DNA of 64,000 nt from Tubiluchus corallicola (Eukaryota; Animalia; Priapulida), in assembly GCA_030141605.1 (NCBI GenBank), contig JAQGDQ010000497.1:1-64000 (forward strand). The letters run 5' to 3'. The position numbers and the translations under genes are program-made. The notes under the pieces are model-generated. The model had not been told where the DNA came from. It searched no databases and was given only the letters and a program-made list of their open reading frames with translations. The stretch's first letter is position 1. Each line of letters opens with the position of its first letter. Shown piece by piece: positions 26,901 to 63,818 of this stretch.

Positions 26901-27504
26901 ATCGATATTTGGTGTGGCATAAAAGGTAATCAAAATTAACCAAATTTGGGTTGAGAATGTTAGCTGTAACAGTTATGCCTGTTTGAAACAATTTTATAAA
27001 CTGTCTATTAATCATTGGTGGACAGAAGAAAATCATTTTAATTACTCTAAATTTAAATTTATGTTGTATTGTCATCATACTTTATTGAGTTTTGGATAGT
27101 GCTGCCACCTTCAGGTGTTCTTGTTAAAATTGTTAAATCTTTCTCTTTACTGTTTAAATTTTCATTGGCTTCTACAGTCTTTATGAATGCATAATCTCTA
27201 AACCTGTTTTCATACCTAAATGATTTCACCTGTAGTTTTGATCACTTGTTTTTCTGCTTTTCAACATGACACTACTTCGCTAATTATGCAAACAATTCAG
27301 AATAAAATCTTAAAACTAAATTTCAAGTTTTTTGGTTTCTTCAAGCCAAATGGTCTTCAGTAAATTTAATGCTGCAATGCAGTAAATGTAAGTAAAGAAA
27401 AAAGTGCTTTTTGATAAAACAAAACTAATGAGTAATGACTTACGATTTGACTTTTCAGGTACAAACACTATGAAAACAAACCACCAAGAGAGCTGATAAT
27501 ATAA
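13057..27504 (+). CDS. Type I membrane protein with three FN3 domains and a short cytoplasmic tail (receptor-PTP-like ectodomain, no catalytic domain); first coding exon not identified
   Basis: Exons 13057-13101, 14556-14656, 16085-16298, 17386-17500, 18968-19173, 23073-23190, 25801-26082, 27459-27504; all AG/GT with compatible phases (1,0,1,2,1,2,2); FN3 motifs LNVQW, GLPPYTEYYVRI, IRLTWDKP, YEYRVWG, FSWEPP, STYSLKVAFVNDAGRGP; TM VGIIMACILGSLIGIVLISSLVFFCW. Confidence 0.85.
13686..13945 (-). mobile_element. LINE ORF2 3' end (L2/Crack-like, Cys/His motif)
   Basis: RLQSHRLRIETGRWARQPRENRLCPCGDIQTEKHVI. Confidence 0.8.
14556..14656 (+). CDS. FN3 membrane protein exon (FN3-1 first half)
   Basis: TDLDPVGKPELTSS...TLNVQWQ. 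Confidence 0.8.
14841..14957. repeat. Compound microsatellite (ATG/ACG)(ATAACG)n(AAT)n
   Basis: Direct observation. Confidence 0.95.
15536..15987. mobile_element. piggyBac-type MITE
   Basis: TTAA|ccctttca ... tgaaaggg|TTAA. Confidence 0.8.
16085..16298 (+). CDS. FN3 membrane protein exon (FN3-1 second half)
   Basis: YPACENP...GLPPYTEYYVRIGY...HEA. Confidence 0.88.
16663..17028. mobile_element. Fold-back MITE with internal ~20/60-bp subrepeats
   Basis: aggttttacatgtcaaatgtagac ... gtctacatttgacgtgtaaaacct; internal tcaaatgt repeats switch orientation at ~16830. Confidence 0.75.
17386..17500 (+). CDS. FN3 membrane protein exon (FN3-2 first half)
   Basis: PGPVENL...IRLTWDKPIQTHGIIQQYGIEF. 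Confidence 0.88.
18431..18928 (-). mobile_element. Solo LTR, 5-bp TSD ACAAA
   Basis: TG...CA termini (tgtgga/tttcaca), acaaa on both sides, internal TATA and poly(A)-like signals; homologous to 38494-38963. Confidence 0.85.
18968..19173 (+). CDS. FN3 membrane protein exon (FN3-2 second half)
   Basis: RLTINNC...STEYEYRVWGATSGGEG. Confidence 0.85.
19486..22276. repeat. 25-bp satellite/minisatellite, ~110 copies, intronic
   Basis: Unit tactca(t/c)gaagtggatgatcaatga head-to-tail with no spacers. Confidence 0.98.
22590..22730. repeat. Degenerate pentanucleotide repeat (TTATG/TTACG/TTATA)
   Basis: Direct observation. Confidence 0.85.
23073..23190 (+). CDS. FN3 membrane protein exon (FN3-3 first half)
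   Basis: PSGNVRNF...IKFSWEPPECLDQRGKF. Confidence 0.85.
23911..24256 (+). mobile_element. 5'-truncated RTE-clade LINE (ORF C-terminus, 3' UTR, (CAA)n tail)
   Basis: RDLKAGG...EALAADRSNWKSAV...FQCVTCSRNCRSRIGLLSHSRRC is the typical RTE C-terminal motif. Confidence 0.9.
24367..24574. repeat. Tandem repeat, ~69-bp unit x3
   Basis: agacgcgctctggaagttcgtggcattattaaaggg...cagtttaagaaa repeated three times. Confidence 0.92.
25100..25760 (+). mobile_element. Dispersed repeat, same family as 5306-5965
   Basis: Colinear similarity; ends in cct-taa (Kolobok-like). Confidence 0.75.
25801..26082 (+). CDS. FN3 membrane protein exon (FN3-3 second half + transmembrane helix)
   Basis: HYEYEF...STYSLKVAFVNDAGRGP...VGIIMACILGSLIGIVLISSLVFFCW. 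Confidence 0.88.
27459..27504 (+). CDS. FN3 membrane protein terminal exon (YKHYENKPPRELII*)
   Basis: cttttcag acceptor, phase 2 matches previous donor, TAA at 27502-27504. Confidence 0.65.
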
Positions 27505-29254
27505 GTGATGAAGACATTCAATGGACCCGGTTTATTATTTGACTTTCTAAGAAAAACTTGTCAAAATTTTGCTGCATATCTCTGCTTTATCACTTCTAAA
27601 AGTGTAAATATGAAATGAGGGAATGTCGCATCAAACATATCCGATCACTCACCATCCTCAGAAAACATTTACACGGATAAGATTATCATATGTGTGCTTG
27701 CATAGCAAATTCATCCATACATCGGCACTCAAGCTTTTCTTGTAATTCATATATCCTAAATCTCCATTTCATGAGGATTACTTTGATACCAAATTCATCA
27801 CTCTATGTTATTTCTAAGCTGAGATAATCCACGTTGAAGTTGAGGTGCAGGGTGCACAATGAAAAACATAACCTTGAGAAAATCATTGTTAAAGTCAGCC
27901 ATTGTTTTTTTGTCATGTTTCTGCAAAACACTTAGCAACCGCACAAATGTTGGTTGCTACGAACTTTGCAAGAACACGTTGAAATTACAATAAGATCCAA
28001 TAGATGATTCTTCCTGACGAAGACCTTCCTGGACTTGGAAACAGAAAAACCCGAAGCAAAGTGACTACTTCCACGAACTACTATTAGAGTTAGAAAACGC
28101 ACGTGTACTAGTTTCTAACCATAAAACTGGGTACGGGGTTTAAAAAATTAGATTTTTAGTATTGTTTTAACATTTTCTTGGTAATTGATGCTAGAATGTA
28201 AAAGTGCAATATATTTAGCATTCGGTTTTATAAAAACCAAAAAGTTGACACTTGACAAAATTTTTGATGTCTACTTTGAAGCATCATAACGTAGTTTTAA
28301 CTATGCAGACTTGTGGACGGTTTTGATTTGCAAGCACAAATATTATAATAATATAGACAAAGGTTTTAAAAGCGTCCCCTATTTCCAATTTACTAACCTG
28401 GTAACCCTATGCATCACGCATTATTCATTATTCATTATTCACACATAGTGCATAATTCATAGGATTGCTCCCACCCAAAACGGCCAGTTTCTATACTCAC
28501 TGCACTTCTGTTTATCTTTTTGAGAACAAATTTGAAGAAAATTTAACTTTCAGCACGGAATATGACAGATCTCAAAAAACCATCAGGGGAATATCAAGAG
28601 CCATTTCAAGCTGCCTACATTTCCTACATAAATTATATTTAACTTTAGAAAAAAAACGCATGTTTCTAGCAGCTAAAAATGAGCACTTCCCCTAGACCGG
28701 AACGTACATCGGTTAATCAAAATCATAACAATGTTATTTTCAGTCACATCACGATCACCATTACTTCAGCTTGTCATATTCTCACATATGTCGCTAAACT
28801 CGTCATTTGATCATCTATTTATATTAACGCCATCGTCTAACATCATTTGCTACAGTATCGTCACCCATTCTTGATGCTTCTGTTCTTCAGCATTGCTAAC
28901 TATTGTGAGCTTATGCTTCAAAATTTGTGATTTAATCAACCAAAGAAAGATTCGTATCATATCAGTCTGTGATATTATAGTGTTATTTGTTATAGTGTCT
29001 GTGCTGAGATTCGCAATTTGATTCTTGTAAATGCTTGCTAATAAATTTGCTTGCATTTATGTATGCTTGTAAATGTGTGTGTATGCTTGTAAATATTTGA
29101 ACTGTATAATGTGTAAAATAATCAAGTATTTACCAATATTTAGGCTTAATGAGTGTTCATGTCGAAAGAACATTAATCGGTACATCATAAATGTTTTGAG
29201 ATCATAAATCGTAAATCTGATGTTTTTCGAAATAAATATTTATAAATTTATTTA

Positions 29255-29525
29255 CTTTACAAAATAACATCGTTTGTTCTCCATTATTCTGCAATAAAAG
29301 CACTGAGCATTATTAGGCAGCATGTAAAGCATGAAAATTTAGAAAAAAGTACTAAGCGACAGGATATACATAGACATGTCTCCTTATTGACTTTACAAAA
29401 TAACATTGTTTGTTCTCCATTATTCTGCAATAAAAAGTACTGAGCATTATTAGGCAGCATGTAAAGCAGGAAAATTTTGAAAAAAAGTACCAAGCAACAG
29501 GATATATATATATAGACATGTCTCC
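29255..29525. repeat. Tandem duplication, ~135-bp unit x2
   Basis: actttacaaaataacat...gttctccattattctgcaataaaa...tagacatgtctcc occurs twice. Confidence 0.85.
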
Positions 29526-29662
29526 GCAAAGAGTAATGCCTGCCATTATTGTAAACATTAACAAAAAACTGATCATCTGAAACATGAGAAGACAAATAAG
29601 CAAGTCTGTTAAGAAACTTCAAATGCCAAATTATATGCATTATCATATGAGCCGCATGAATA

Positions 29663-30101
29663 CAGTCACCTCGGGTATAAGGTACTGGCTTATAAGGGAC
29701 CACTAACACCGGTCCCGATTTTCGTAACGTTTTTCATATGTAAAAATCTTCGTATATAAAGTACTCGAATATAAGGGACTTTCGTTTATAAGGGACGATA
29801 TCTTCAGGTCCCGCGTAATAGAAACCCAGGTAAATTACCTCGCATATAAGGACTCTATGATCAAAGCAAAATTGATCAATTTTTCGCAAACGCTGCCTTC
29901 GAACAGCTCGGTCTCTGCGGTCACATACGTCTCGAATCACTGAAGGAGCTTCCTACATACCGTTTGCACTGAATGTGTAGCAATAATCCATAAAAACGTG
30001 TAAAAGTACAGGTCTAGATACACCCTCGGTCTGATTTAACTTCGGCTAATATGGACAAATTTTTCCGGTCCGGAGGTGTCCCTTATATCCGAGGTTGACT
30101 G
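29663..30101. mobile_element. Tigger/pogo-like MITE, TA TSD
   Basis: ta|cagtcacctcgggtataagg ... ccttatatccgaggttgactg|ta. Confidence 0.85.
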
Positions 30102-30228
30102 TAAATTATTATTTCTGCACAGCTATTAAATACAATCGAAATTAGCTGCTTCGTTAAAATACCTTATAACTGTATTTGCTTTTTAACTAGTAATATTTAT
30201 AACTGAAATAAATTGTACTTGAATAGAT

Positions 30229-30451
30229 GCAATTTATACAATGCTAAATGCAGATTAGAAGCAACTGAAAAAATTAGGAAAGCAGAAATAACATCGATCA
30301 CAAGAGAGAAATCTCTTCGATGCAACATGTTTTATCCATTAATTAACCAGTTAAGCAATCTCTGGAGCTATTATGCAAAAGAAATTGACCTATGCACCAC
30401 AACTTATCATATAACAAGAACGAAATTACAAAAACGTGAAAACGCAGAACA
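30229..30451 (+). repeat. ~220-bp repeat, inverted copy at 31917-32127
   Basis: Both ORF translations share CNMFYPLINQLSNLWSYYAKEIDL.TTTYHITRTKLQKRENAEQ on opposite strands. Confidence 0.9.
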
Positions 30452-30743
30452 AAAGAGTTTCGAAAACTAAATACACTATGACTGCTTCCTGATTACAAGC
30501 ATATAAGTGATACTGAGAAAATTTAGTCCAATATTCCTTTTTAGCTTGCACATGATACTCTGATGCAACATTGGAAATTGCAGAATTAATCCTCCATCTC
30601 GTACGATGATGATTTTATTATTAACTAAAATAGTCCTTAGCAGTGATTGTGTAGCTCAACTTCAACATTCAAAATTAATGAGTCCAAAAGATAATTCACC
30701 AGTGAACGATTAATAAAACAACACGTAAACCACGGCACAGATG

Positions 30744-56149
<25,406 letters not shown>

Positions 56150-56199
56150 TTTTCCTCCGCGAGTTGATAAACCACTGGCACAGTCAGACTCAGATATTG

Positions 56200-56243
56200 T
56201 TTCGCGGGAAAATTCGGGTTCGTCAAATTTTATAATTCGCGCA
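56200..56243 (-). promoter_or_regulatory. E2F-like sites in ORC1 proximal promoter
   Basis: tttcgcgggaaaa (overlapping TTTCGCGG / TTTCCCGC) ~55 bp upstream of the ATG, plus ttcgcgc at ~56237. Confidence 0.65.
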
Positions 56244-56479
56244 TTTCAATAACAAGGGGTGGTGTAAACCATAGTGAATATCATAAAACCACAGATATTG
56301 TTCACATACTTTCCGTGGATGCCGTGGATACGTTCGATCTTCTTCACCAAAATCGGCCAGCAACAAAAGTATCCCTTTGCGAGATCAATTGCGCAAGTTT
56401 ACTTTACTTGTAAGTCACAGTGTATAGATTATTCACTTTGTAGGACTTCTTTACAGTTTCCTCGTCTCTGGTGCCAACT

Positions 56480-56722
56480 TTTGATGCCACACATTATTAA
56501 TTATTGATGTACATTCTAATTAATGTTTCCTAGTTTTTCTATGTTTTAGCTACTTATGTCCTTTGATGCCACACATTATTAATTATTGATGTACATTCTA
56601 ATTAATTTTTCCTACTTTTTCTATGTTTTAGCTACTTATGTCCTTTGATGCCACACATTATTAATTATTGATGTACATTCTAATTAATTTTCCTAGTTTT
56701 TCTATGTTTTGGCTACTTATGA
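56480..56722. repeat. Tandem repeat, ~82-bp unit x3
   Basis: tttgatgccacacattattaattattgatgtacattctaattaat...gctacttatg. Confidence 0.93.
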
Positions 56723-57134
56723 CCTGCACAGATAGGCCCCATTTATTGACAAATACACATTAACTGACATTCAAAAAAGTGTGCTGTACTGAGTATCCTT
56801 TTCTCTGTAACATAACTTATGTTACATACGTTTTATATAATTTTTTTTAAAATTTGTTTTAACATTAGCCATGTAAAGCCTTATAGTCACAATTTACTTG
56901 ATCTCATCTAATCAAAATTATTCAACATAGATTTGTCTTTGAAAACTAATATTTTTAGGAATCTTAATTTTGTCTCAATTTTCTTATTCACTTAGTGATT
57001 AATTTGATAGTACCAACCATATTTAAAGTGTTGTTTATTTGGGCCAGTGGGCCGTGTTTAGCTAATATTTCATTGGTGAAGTTCATTAGCACTTAGCAGG
57101 TAGTAATACACCTATTTTTTGTAATCTAACTTAC

Positions 57135-58260
57135 ATACCATAGGCCATGTTCTTCTTTCGTACAACATACACCAATGAGGCATACCACTTTTTGGCATAA
57201 AATTTTTGATAATGCTTCTTTCTGTATATGCTCCAATTCATCCAGTTCAGTTTTAATGAGATTGGTCCAAGTCTCACCATTGTTATTAATTACAGGTAGC
57301 ACTATAATTGAATAGTTTCATATAACATTGACTGCACAGCAGTAACATTAGTTACATACTCTTGCTACACTCTTTTTTCTTTTGCTTTTTGAACTTGAGA
57401 TGATAAATATTTTTACTACTGAACCAATCTCTTAGATATTCATGTTCAGTGGTTTTGTTTAATTTTATCGTTTTCTAGATTTAGTGTTAAGTCTTCAATT
57501 TCGTTAGCCATTTTAGTTATCATATACTTAGTCTTTTTTAAATTGAAAGACGTCATTTTTTCTTTTTCCATTTCTCTGAAATTCTCTGCAATGTTTGTTT
57601 GAAACATCTTTATTGAAATAAAATGAAAATAAGACCATCAAAATTTTAAAATGTATTAAATAACAAAAAAGGGAAATATTTACACAATTGGGTTAACTTA
57701 TTTTTCACTTTTCCTTTATTCTGCATTTTCCATGTTGGCACGTTAAACATTATCGTTAATTCAGAGATCACAGCTGAATTAGGTGATGTGAGATTATATC
57801 TGGTCTCCAAACCGATGACAACATGCTGCAAGGTATTGCCCAGGGCTACAGCTTCTGCATCCAGGAAGATTGATAAAGTATTGATATGATGAACTGCTCT
57901 TCTTCAAGTAATGCCAGATAGCATTTAGCACGCAATCATATCATCACGTGTACTTCATAAGGTTGATAGATGTTCTGCATTCATTGAGGATATGAGCTGT
58001 TGTGCATCTTCGTGCTTTACATTACTGTTTTTGCACTACCCATGCAAAACATACATACAATACATCATCGTCATCATAAAGGAAGATACCAATTATCTCT
58101 AAATCAGGTCCTATGTGTAATGTTATTCATCATTATGTAACATAGCAGTGGACTAATTGGTGTACCCTGTCTAATATTTTCGTTTATGTTGGTGCTATCT
58201 GTAATATCAATCAGTGTTTTGATTTTTGCATTTTGATTCAAAATTGAGTTTATAGTGGTA
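57135..58260 (-). mobile_element. Decayed, interrupted LINE reverse-transcriptase fragment
   Basis: NIRQGTPISPLL (58104-58260); FREMEKEKMTSFNLKKTKYMI (~57500-57600); NGETWTNLIKTELDELEHIQKEALSKIL (~57200-57285); unrelated sequence ~57620-58100. Confidence 0.7.
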
Positions 58261-58526
58261 TAATAATTGTTACACTGCAATAATACTGTATTATAATAAT
58301 TGTGACTTGATAGTGATGTAACATCGTGCACGCATGTGCTCGTTTTAGCACAAAATGGATAACGCATTTCCAACACATTAACGTAGAATAAATATTAAAC
58401 ATACTGAACCTGAAGTACAGATGCTCGTCTGCAGTCTGCTTCAGCAGTAGGACACGCCAGTAGGGCATCGAATTGCATCCATGACACGGTGCGCAACGCT
58501 GACAAAATTTAAAGTGCAAACGGAAA

Positions 58527-58656
58527 ATGGCGAATCGCACTGTTAAAGATGCTGTAACTGTTAAAGGAACAAATCCGCAATATTTAATAGAAAAAATTAT
58601 CAGAACAAGAATCTATGATTCAAGATACTGGAAAGAAGAATGTTTTGCTTTATCAG
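58527..58656 (+). CDS. PRPF38A: PRPF38A exon 1
   Basis: aaaATGgcg; g|gtatgc donor. Confidence 0.96.
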
Positions 58657-61600
58657 GTATGCATCAGAGCATAATTAATGTATAATTAGTCATAATTGCA
58701 AGCGCTCAATGAGGTGTGAACCGCGAATAGCTGTACTATATATGTACTAGTAGTAATACTAATAGTAAAAAATTCTTAGACTATTAAATTAATATTGTCA
58801 TATAATAAAGTTGTCTTCTGCCTGCTTACCATGTGTCGCAGTGAATGTGTTGAAGTGTATTAGCCAAATTCCACAAAAGAAACAATTCGTATTCAGAAAA
58901 TCAATTTAGATTGAAAGCCAATCTGTAATGTAACACTCAAACTTAAGCGAGTAATAAGGGTTCAGAAAAGTTTATTGCGATAAGATATCATGAATATTTA
59001 CAAAGTGGCTTTTACAACATTTACTGTTAGTGGGGGAAGGGCATTGGTCAAATCAGAAAAGTTAAAACAATAGCTGTATAAGTGTTTAAATACTATTTAA
59101 AAATATCATTACGTCCACTTGTTGGTCATTGACTAAAAGAAAAAAATGGAAGGATCAATATTGAGTTTTGATTCCGACTCTAGAAAGAAAGAAATTAAGA
59201 AACTACTTTGTACAACGAGTTAAACAAAATGGCAAGAAATAAACTTAAGTTAGATTAAGAAGTTGTGATTATTAAAACTAAAGCATGTTGAAAAATTAAC
59301 ACCTAAAATCAAATTACCGAAACAGAACAAACGGCAATATTAAAATAAAAAATTAAGATTCTTAAAAGAGATAAGTTATGGAAATCTTAATCATCATGAA
59401 ACAGGGAAATAATGAAAGTAAATGATAATGATAAAGTAAATGAAAATGCTCAAAGGCAATTTAGTGTCCCCAAGTGCAACAGTAATGCCACTAGACAACA
59501 GCTCTTTAAAAGTGAGTTTAACCATAAGTAGAGCCTCCGATTTTCAGTTTCAAAATTGACCAACCTCCTCTTCAAAGAATCATCAATTCTATTTCAGTTT
59601 TGCTTCACAGAAATTAGAAGCTACATGGCTCTGTAGCTAATATTTATCATCAAGTTATATGATGTGCAATAGATTGTACCGTATTTTCCCGTGTATAAGA
59701 GACCCTTGTGTATAAGAGACCCCTTCAATTTTTAGGCAAAAATTCTGGAAAAAAGTTTTTTCAGACGGACATTTTTAGAGGGTAAAGTACAACTTTTTTC
59801 AACTCAGTGCGGTACTGAAAACAAAATAAAACCAGTTAATGTGTTGTAGAAAAAGAGTACTGGTATATATTAAAGTGCGTACCTGCAAACCTGTAACAGG
59901 AAAAGAGAAAACGAGGAGATAATGCCTGTGTCACGATGCTTGTATTGCTTACAACCGCTTCATAGTCGAACGCGACACGCAAAACAGTTGTAGAGCACTT
60001 ATTTCTTTAAAATCATTAGTGTCACAATTTATGCATCTTATTGAAAAGACTTACTCCCATGTATAAGAGACCCCCTATTTTTAAAGTGAAAATTCTGAGC
60101 AAAAAAGGGTCTCTTATACACGGGAAAATACGGTAATTAAAAAAATTTTTTATATGAATTAAGTCTAGCATGTAGTCTATCAGGTATAAAAAGTTACAGA
60201 ACAATATCCTATCATATTCGTGCAAATCATCGGGAAATTCTCTGGGTAGCTGTCACAGGCATAACATTGTGTTTGTGTGAACAGGGGAAACCTTTCTACA
60301 AATACACTGCTATTCGTTACGATCTCGCACTAAAGAATTTCTCATATTTCTCTTGACAACTGCAAAAACAAACTGAAAATAGGAACGCAAGTTGCATATA
60401 AAATAAAACTCGGAGAAGAACTTCTATCAAGGTTGCGAAAACTGCTTAGTTTTGCCGAAAAGTAACAAGTCAAGTCAAGTCTGTCTCTAGTACGCTGTAA
60501 ACTTGCAGAAAAGTTGGAAATTGGGCCAATTCCATTTTTCATAGTTATTTCCATTTTTGTGAATTTTGTACGTTTCCCCGCGATCGCAGAAAATTGGAGG
60601 CCCTACATAAGAGTTTAAATGATACAGATTTAAACCTGACAGACAGAGTAATGCTGCTATGTAACTTCTCTCTCATTGGGATGAAGTCATAACAGCAGGA
60701 ATTTAATTTAACAAAATTGATGTGGAGTAAGAATTGAGGGATGTAGAAATTATCGCAGTTTATGGCAACGTAGGTCAAAATTCGGGAGACGAAAAAAGAA
60801 TATGCAGCAAAGAACGTGTGTATATCATGACAAAAGCAAAGTTCACAATCCATTTTTCGACAGTAATTGTGTTGCTCATTTTAACCGATAAAATTTATTT
60901 ATTGAAAAATATTTATTTATAAAATATTGAAAATTGTTTTGTTTATTTTCAGCGGAACTGTTGGTGGACAAAGCCATGGAGTTGCGCTTTGTTGGTGGAG
61001 TTTACGGTGGAAACATTAAACCGGCACCTTTCTTATGTCTCATTCTGAAGATGTTACAAATACAGCCAGAAAAAGACATTGTGGTTGAGTTTATTAAAAA
61101 TGAGGATTTCAAGTAAGTTTTTGTGTATAATTCCATACTAAATGCATATGTGCACTCACTGCATTTTTCTTTAAATACAAAGCTGTTATGATCTCAAAAA
61201 TTTGAAGTTTTGTCTGAAAGTGTTTTGTTGAATGTGTTTAAAGTTTGATGTACACCAAATCCATTTTTTATGTCTTATATTCTTGCAGTTTTCATTCTTC
61301 AAAATGCATTTTGCCTATTTGATCCATTGTAGATATCTAAAGATGCCTTGCTTACATGCATCAACAGTATGTCAAATGTTAGCTAGAGCCTGTTTGCTTC
61401 ATTTAATGTTTGTCTTACATAAACACTATAGATTTTATCAATTTTTTTTCATAATAATGGAAAAATTGCTTCATCCAAATCATTGATTTGCTTTTTTAAC
61501 CAAACGGCCAAATTTTACTGTAATAAAAGCTAGAATCATTTCTCATAAGCTTTAATGTCTGAGAAGAAATGGCGTGAAGTGATAACACTTGCCATACTTT

Positions 61601-63295
61601 TTTCTACTTTTAACATTGTGTCATAGGTACGTAAGAGCACTGGGTGCATACTACATGCGACTGACGGGAAGCTCGATGGATTGCTTTAAGTATCTTGAGC
61701 CACTCTTGAATGATTACAGAAAATTACGGAGGCAAAACAGACAGGGTGGTAAGTATAAATGCCCCACATTGTGGGTTTGATATCCAAATTTTCATATTGA
61801 CATGCTTTGGTTGTGCACATACCGTATATATTCGCATATAAGCCGAATTTAGAACTATAAAATACAATACTGAAATCAGGGGGTCGACTTATATGCGCAT
61901 GAAACAAAATGAACACAAGGACAGACACTAATGCCAATTTTCCAGCCACACATTTTCATCGCTACCTGACTCTTTATTTGGTTGTGTGTCACCAGTGGTG
62001 TATTGGAGGGGGATCGTGGGGGATCGCCGTCCACCCACTTTTTTTTAGAAAAAATTCACATTTCAATAAATGTCTGCTTTTTGTATTCATAAAAGTAAGC
62101 ATTTTACATCTTTATAGTAAAAAATTTCTATGAACCAAAAATACCCAATTAACAAAATGTGACAAAAAGGGATCAATTTTGTTGACTGGGTATGGAGTAA
62201 AATTAGACAAGTTGATAGTCGGCTTATATACGGGTTTTTGCAAAAACTGGCCATTTTAAAGCAGTTTTAGGGGGTCGGCTTATATGCGATGTAGGCTTAT
62301 ATGCGAGTATATACGGTAGTTATTATTACTGTAAACAGGGAGAGCGCTTGGAAGTGTGGGGTCCAATTAAAACATTGTTAGCGCGGCCCTCTCTCACACA
62401 AATGCTGCTGAACAGTATGACACTTTGGACATATTTAACGAACTACGGGACTTTATATTTCAAACTTTATGCTATAGAATCTGATTAACAGCACTCTTTC
62501 TGTGTTGAGGGTTTGAATATCGTGCACAAATTAGTAAAATTAAAATGCAGTGATGCTATAACTAATGCATATAAGGCTTACCAATTGTACCGTTTTTAAA
62601 AAGGTACATGACAACAATAAACTGAAATTACATAACAAATAAACAAATGAGTGGCAAAAACACATTGAAACATGGGTATACAGTGACAGAATGAATAGAT
62701 TTCACTGCCTTCGTGCACGCTACACACTCATTAATTCATGATAGCATCCTCCGTCTGAGCATGTGCGCTGGGCCCCCTCTTGGCATGGGGCCTAATTTAA
62801 ACAAATCTGGCTAAAATTAACTTAAAACAGGCCCTGACTGTAAGTTATATTATTTTGGTATGTATTAGTAATTAAAAAAATAAATAATTTTTATAACACT
62901 TTCAAATATTTTATGTGATTTGTTTTAAACCAACAGTTTCAGGATATCATGCCTTTTTGTCATAACTGTAAAACTGAAAAAGGCAGATTTTCGAATATTT
63001 CTTTTGAAAGCTTGTTTCTTTCGGGACCATACAGTGGTGAAAATGACCATACAAATGTCACTAGCTATTACACCATAGTTAAGAGGCACAATTATAAAAT
63101 GCCTGCATATCCATTGCAGAAGACTGTATTTATGCATTATGCATTCTTTGTTTACAACTTCACACAAACGCCGTGCTAAATTCATGTCTTTGTTCTTTTT
63201 TATTTGCAGGATTTGAGATGGTTCACATGGATGAATATATAGATGAACTTCTACGAGAAGAAAGAATGTTAGATATTATTTTACCCAGGATTCAG
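58527..63295 (+). CDS. PRPF38A: Pre-mRNA-splicing factor 38A, exons 1-4 (continues beyond window)
   Basis: Exons 58527-58656, 60953-61112, 61627-61748, 63210-63295; MANRTVKDA...GTNPQYLIEKIIRTRIYDSRYWKEECF, GGVYGGNIKPAPFLCLILKMLQIQPEKDI, YVRALGAYYMRLTG, HMDEYIDELL. Confidence 0.97.
59679..60133. mobile_element. Tigger/pogo-like MITE, same family as 41572-42006
   Basis: ta|ccgtattttcccgtgtataagagaccc ... acacgggaaaatacgg|ta. Confidence 0.88.
60953..61112 (+). CDS. PRPF38A: PRPF38A exon 2
   Basis: ELLVDKAMELRFVGG...NEDFK. Confidence 0.97.
61627..61748 (+). CDS. PRPF38A: PRPF38A exon 3
   Basis: YVRALGAYYMRLTG...YLEPLLNDYRK. Confidence 0.97.
61822..62316. mobile_element. Tigger/pogo-like MITE, TA TSD
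   Basis: ta|ccgtatatattcgcatataagcc ... ggcttatatgcgagtatatacgg|ta. Confidence 0.85.
63210..63295 (+). CDS. PRPF38A: PRPF38A exon 4
   Basis: FEMVHMDEYIDELLREERMLDIILPRIQ. Confidence 0.96.
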
Positions 63296-63818
63296 GTGAG
63301 ATTGTCAAGGCCATTATATTATGATTTTGTGCAGCCTTGATGTTAACTGCTACAACCAGAAATTAATAACCATTGCGACTTATCCGGGTAATGACGAAAA
63401 ACCTTAATTTAAGCAGCGGAAATGCTAAATATTGTGATCCAAGTCGAAATTTGACCTAGCACCTCAGTGACACTTGCTGTGCCATTTGAGCAACCTAACT
63501 CAACTAGAGTGCAGGTCTCAACTTTCTTGATAAGCTATTTGTATTTAACTTCCAACTGTGATAATTAACAGTTAATTTCTGAATAATTAAGAAATCAGTC
63601 ATTTTTAAGCACGTTTCTGCTGTGTGACAGTAGAGCAAAAATTAATTGCATTTTTTTTCATTATTCAAGATTGCATTGGTACGTGTAACAAATAATAGTA
63701 AAACATTACATGTTTTCAAAAAGTGCTGTATTTTATTAAATTACATTTTTGTGCGATTACAGCTAGTTAACAAGGACTTACTATGAAAGATAAACTGGTA
63801 TTCTTGCATAGCATAACA

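Noticed and set aside
28000-28060. SECIS element
   Set aside because: No proper helix II with the G.A quartet, and no in-frame TGA in the upstream gene
56790-56803. U12-type donor motif GTATCCTTT
   Set aside because: No associated exon or U12 branch site found; likely chance
57135-57285. Alternative ORC1 first exon (ATG at ~57280)
   Set aside because: Another frame reads as LINE RT (NGETWTNL...LEHIQ); the 56149 exon fits phase, BAH start and E2F site better
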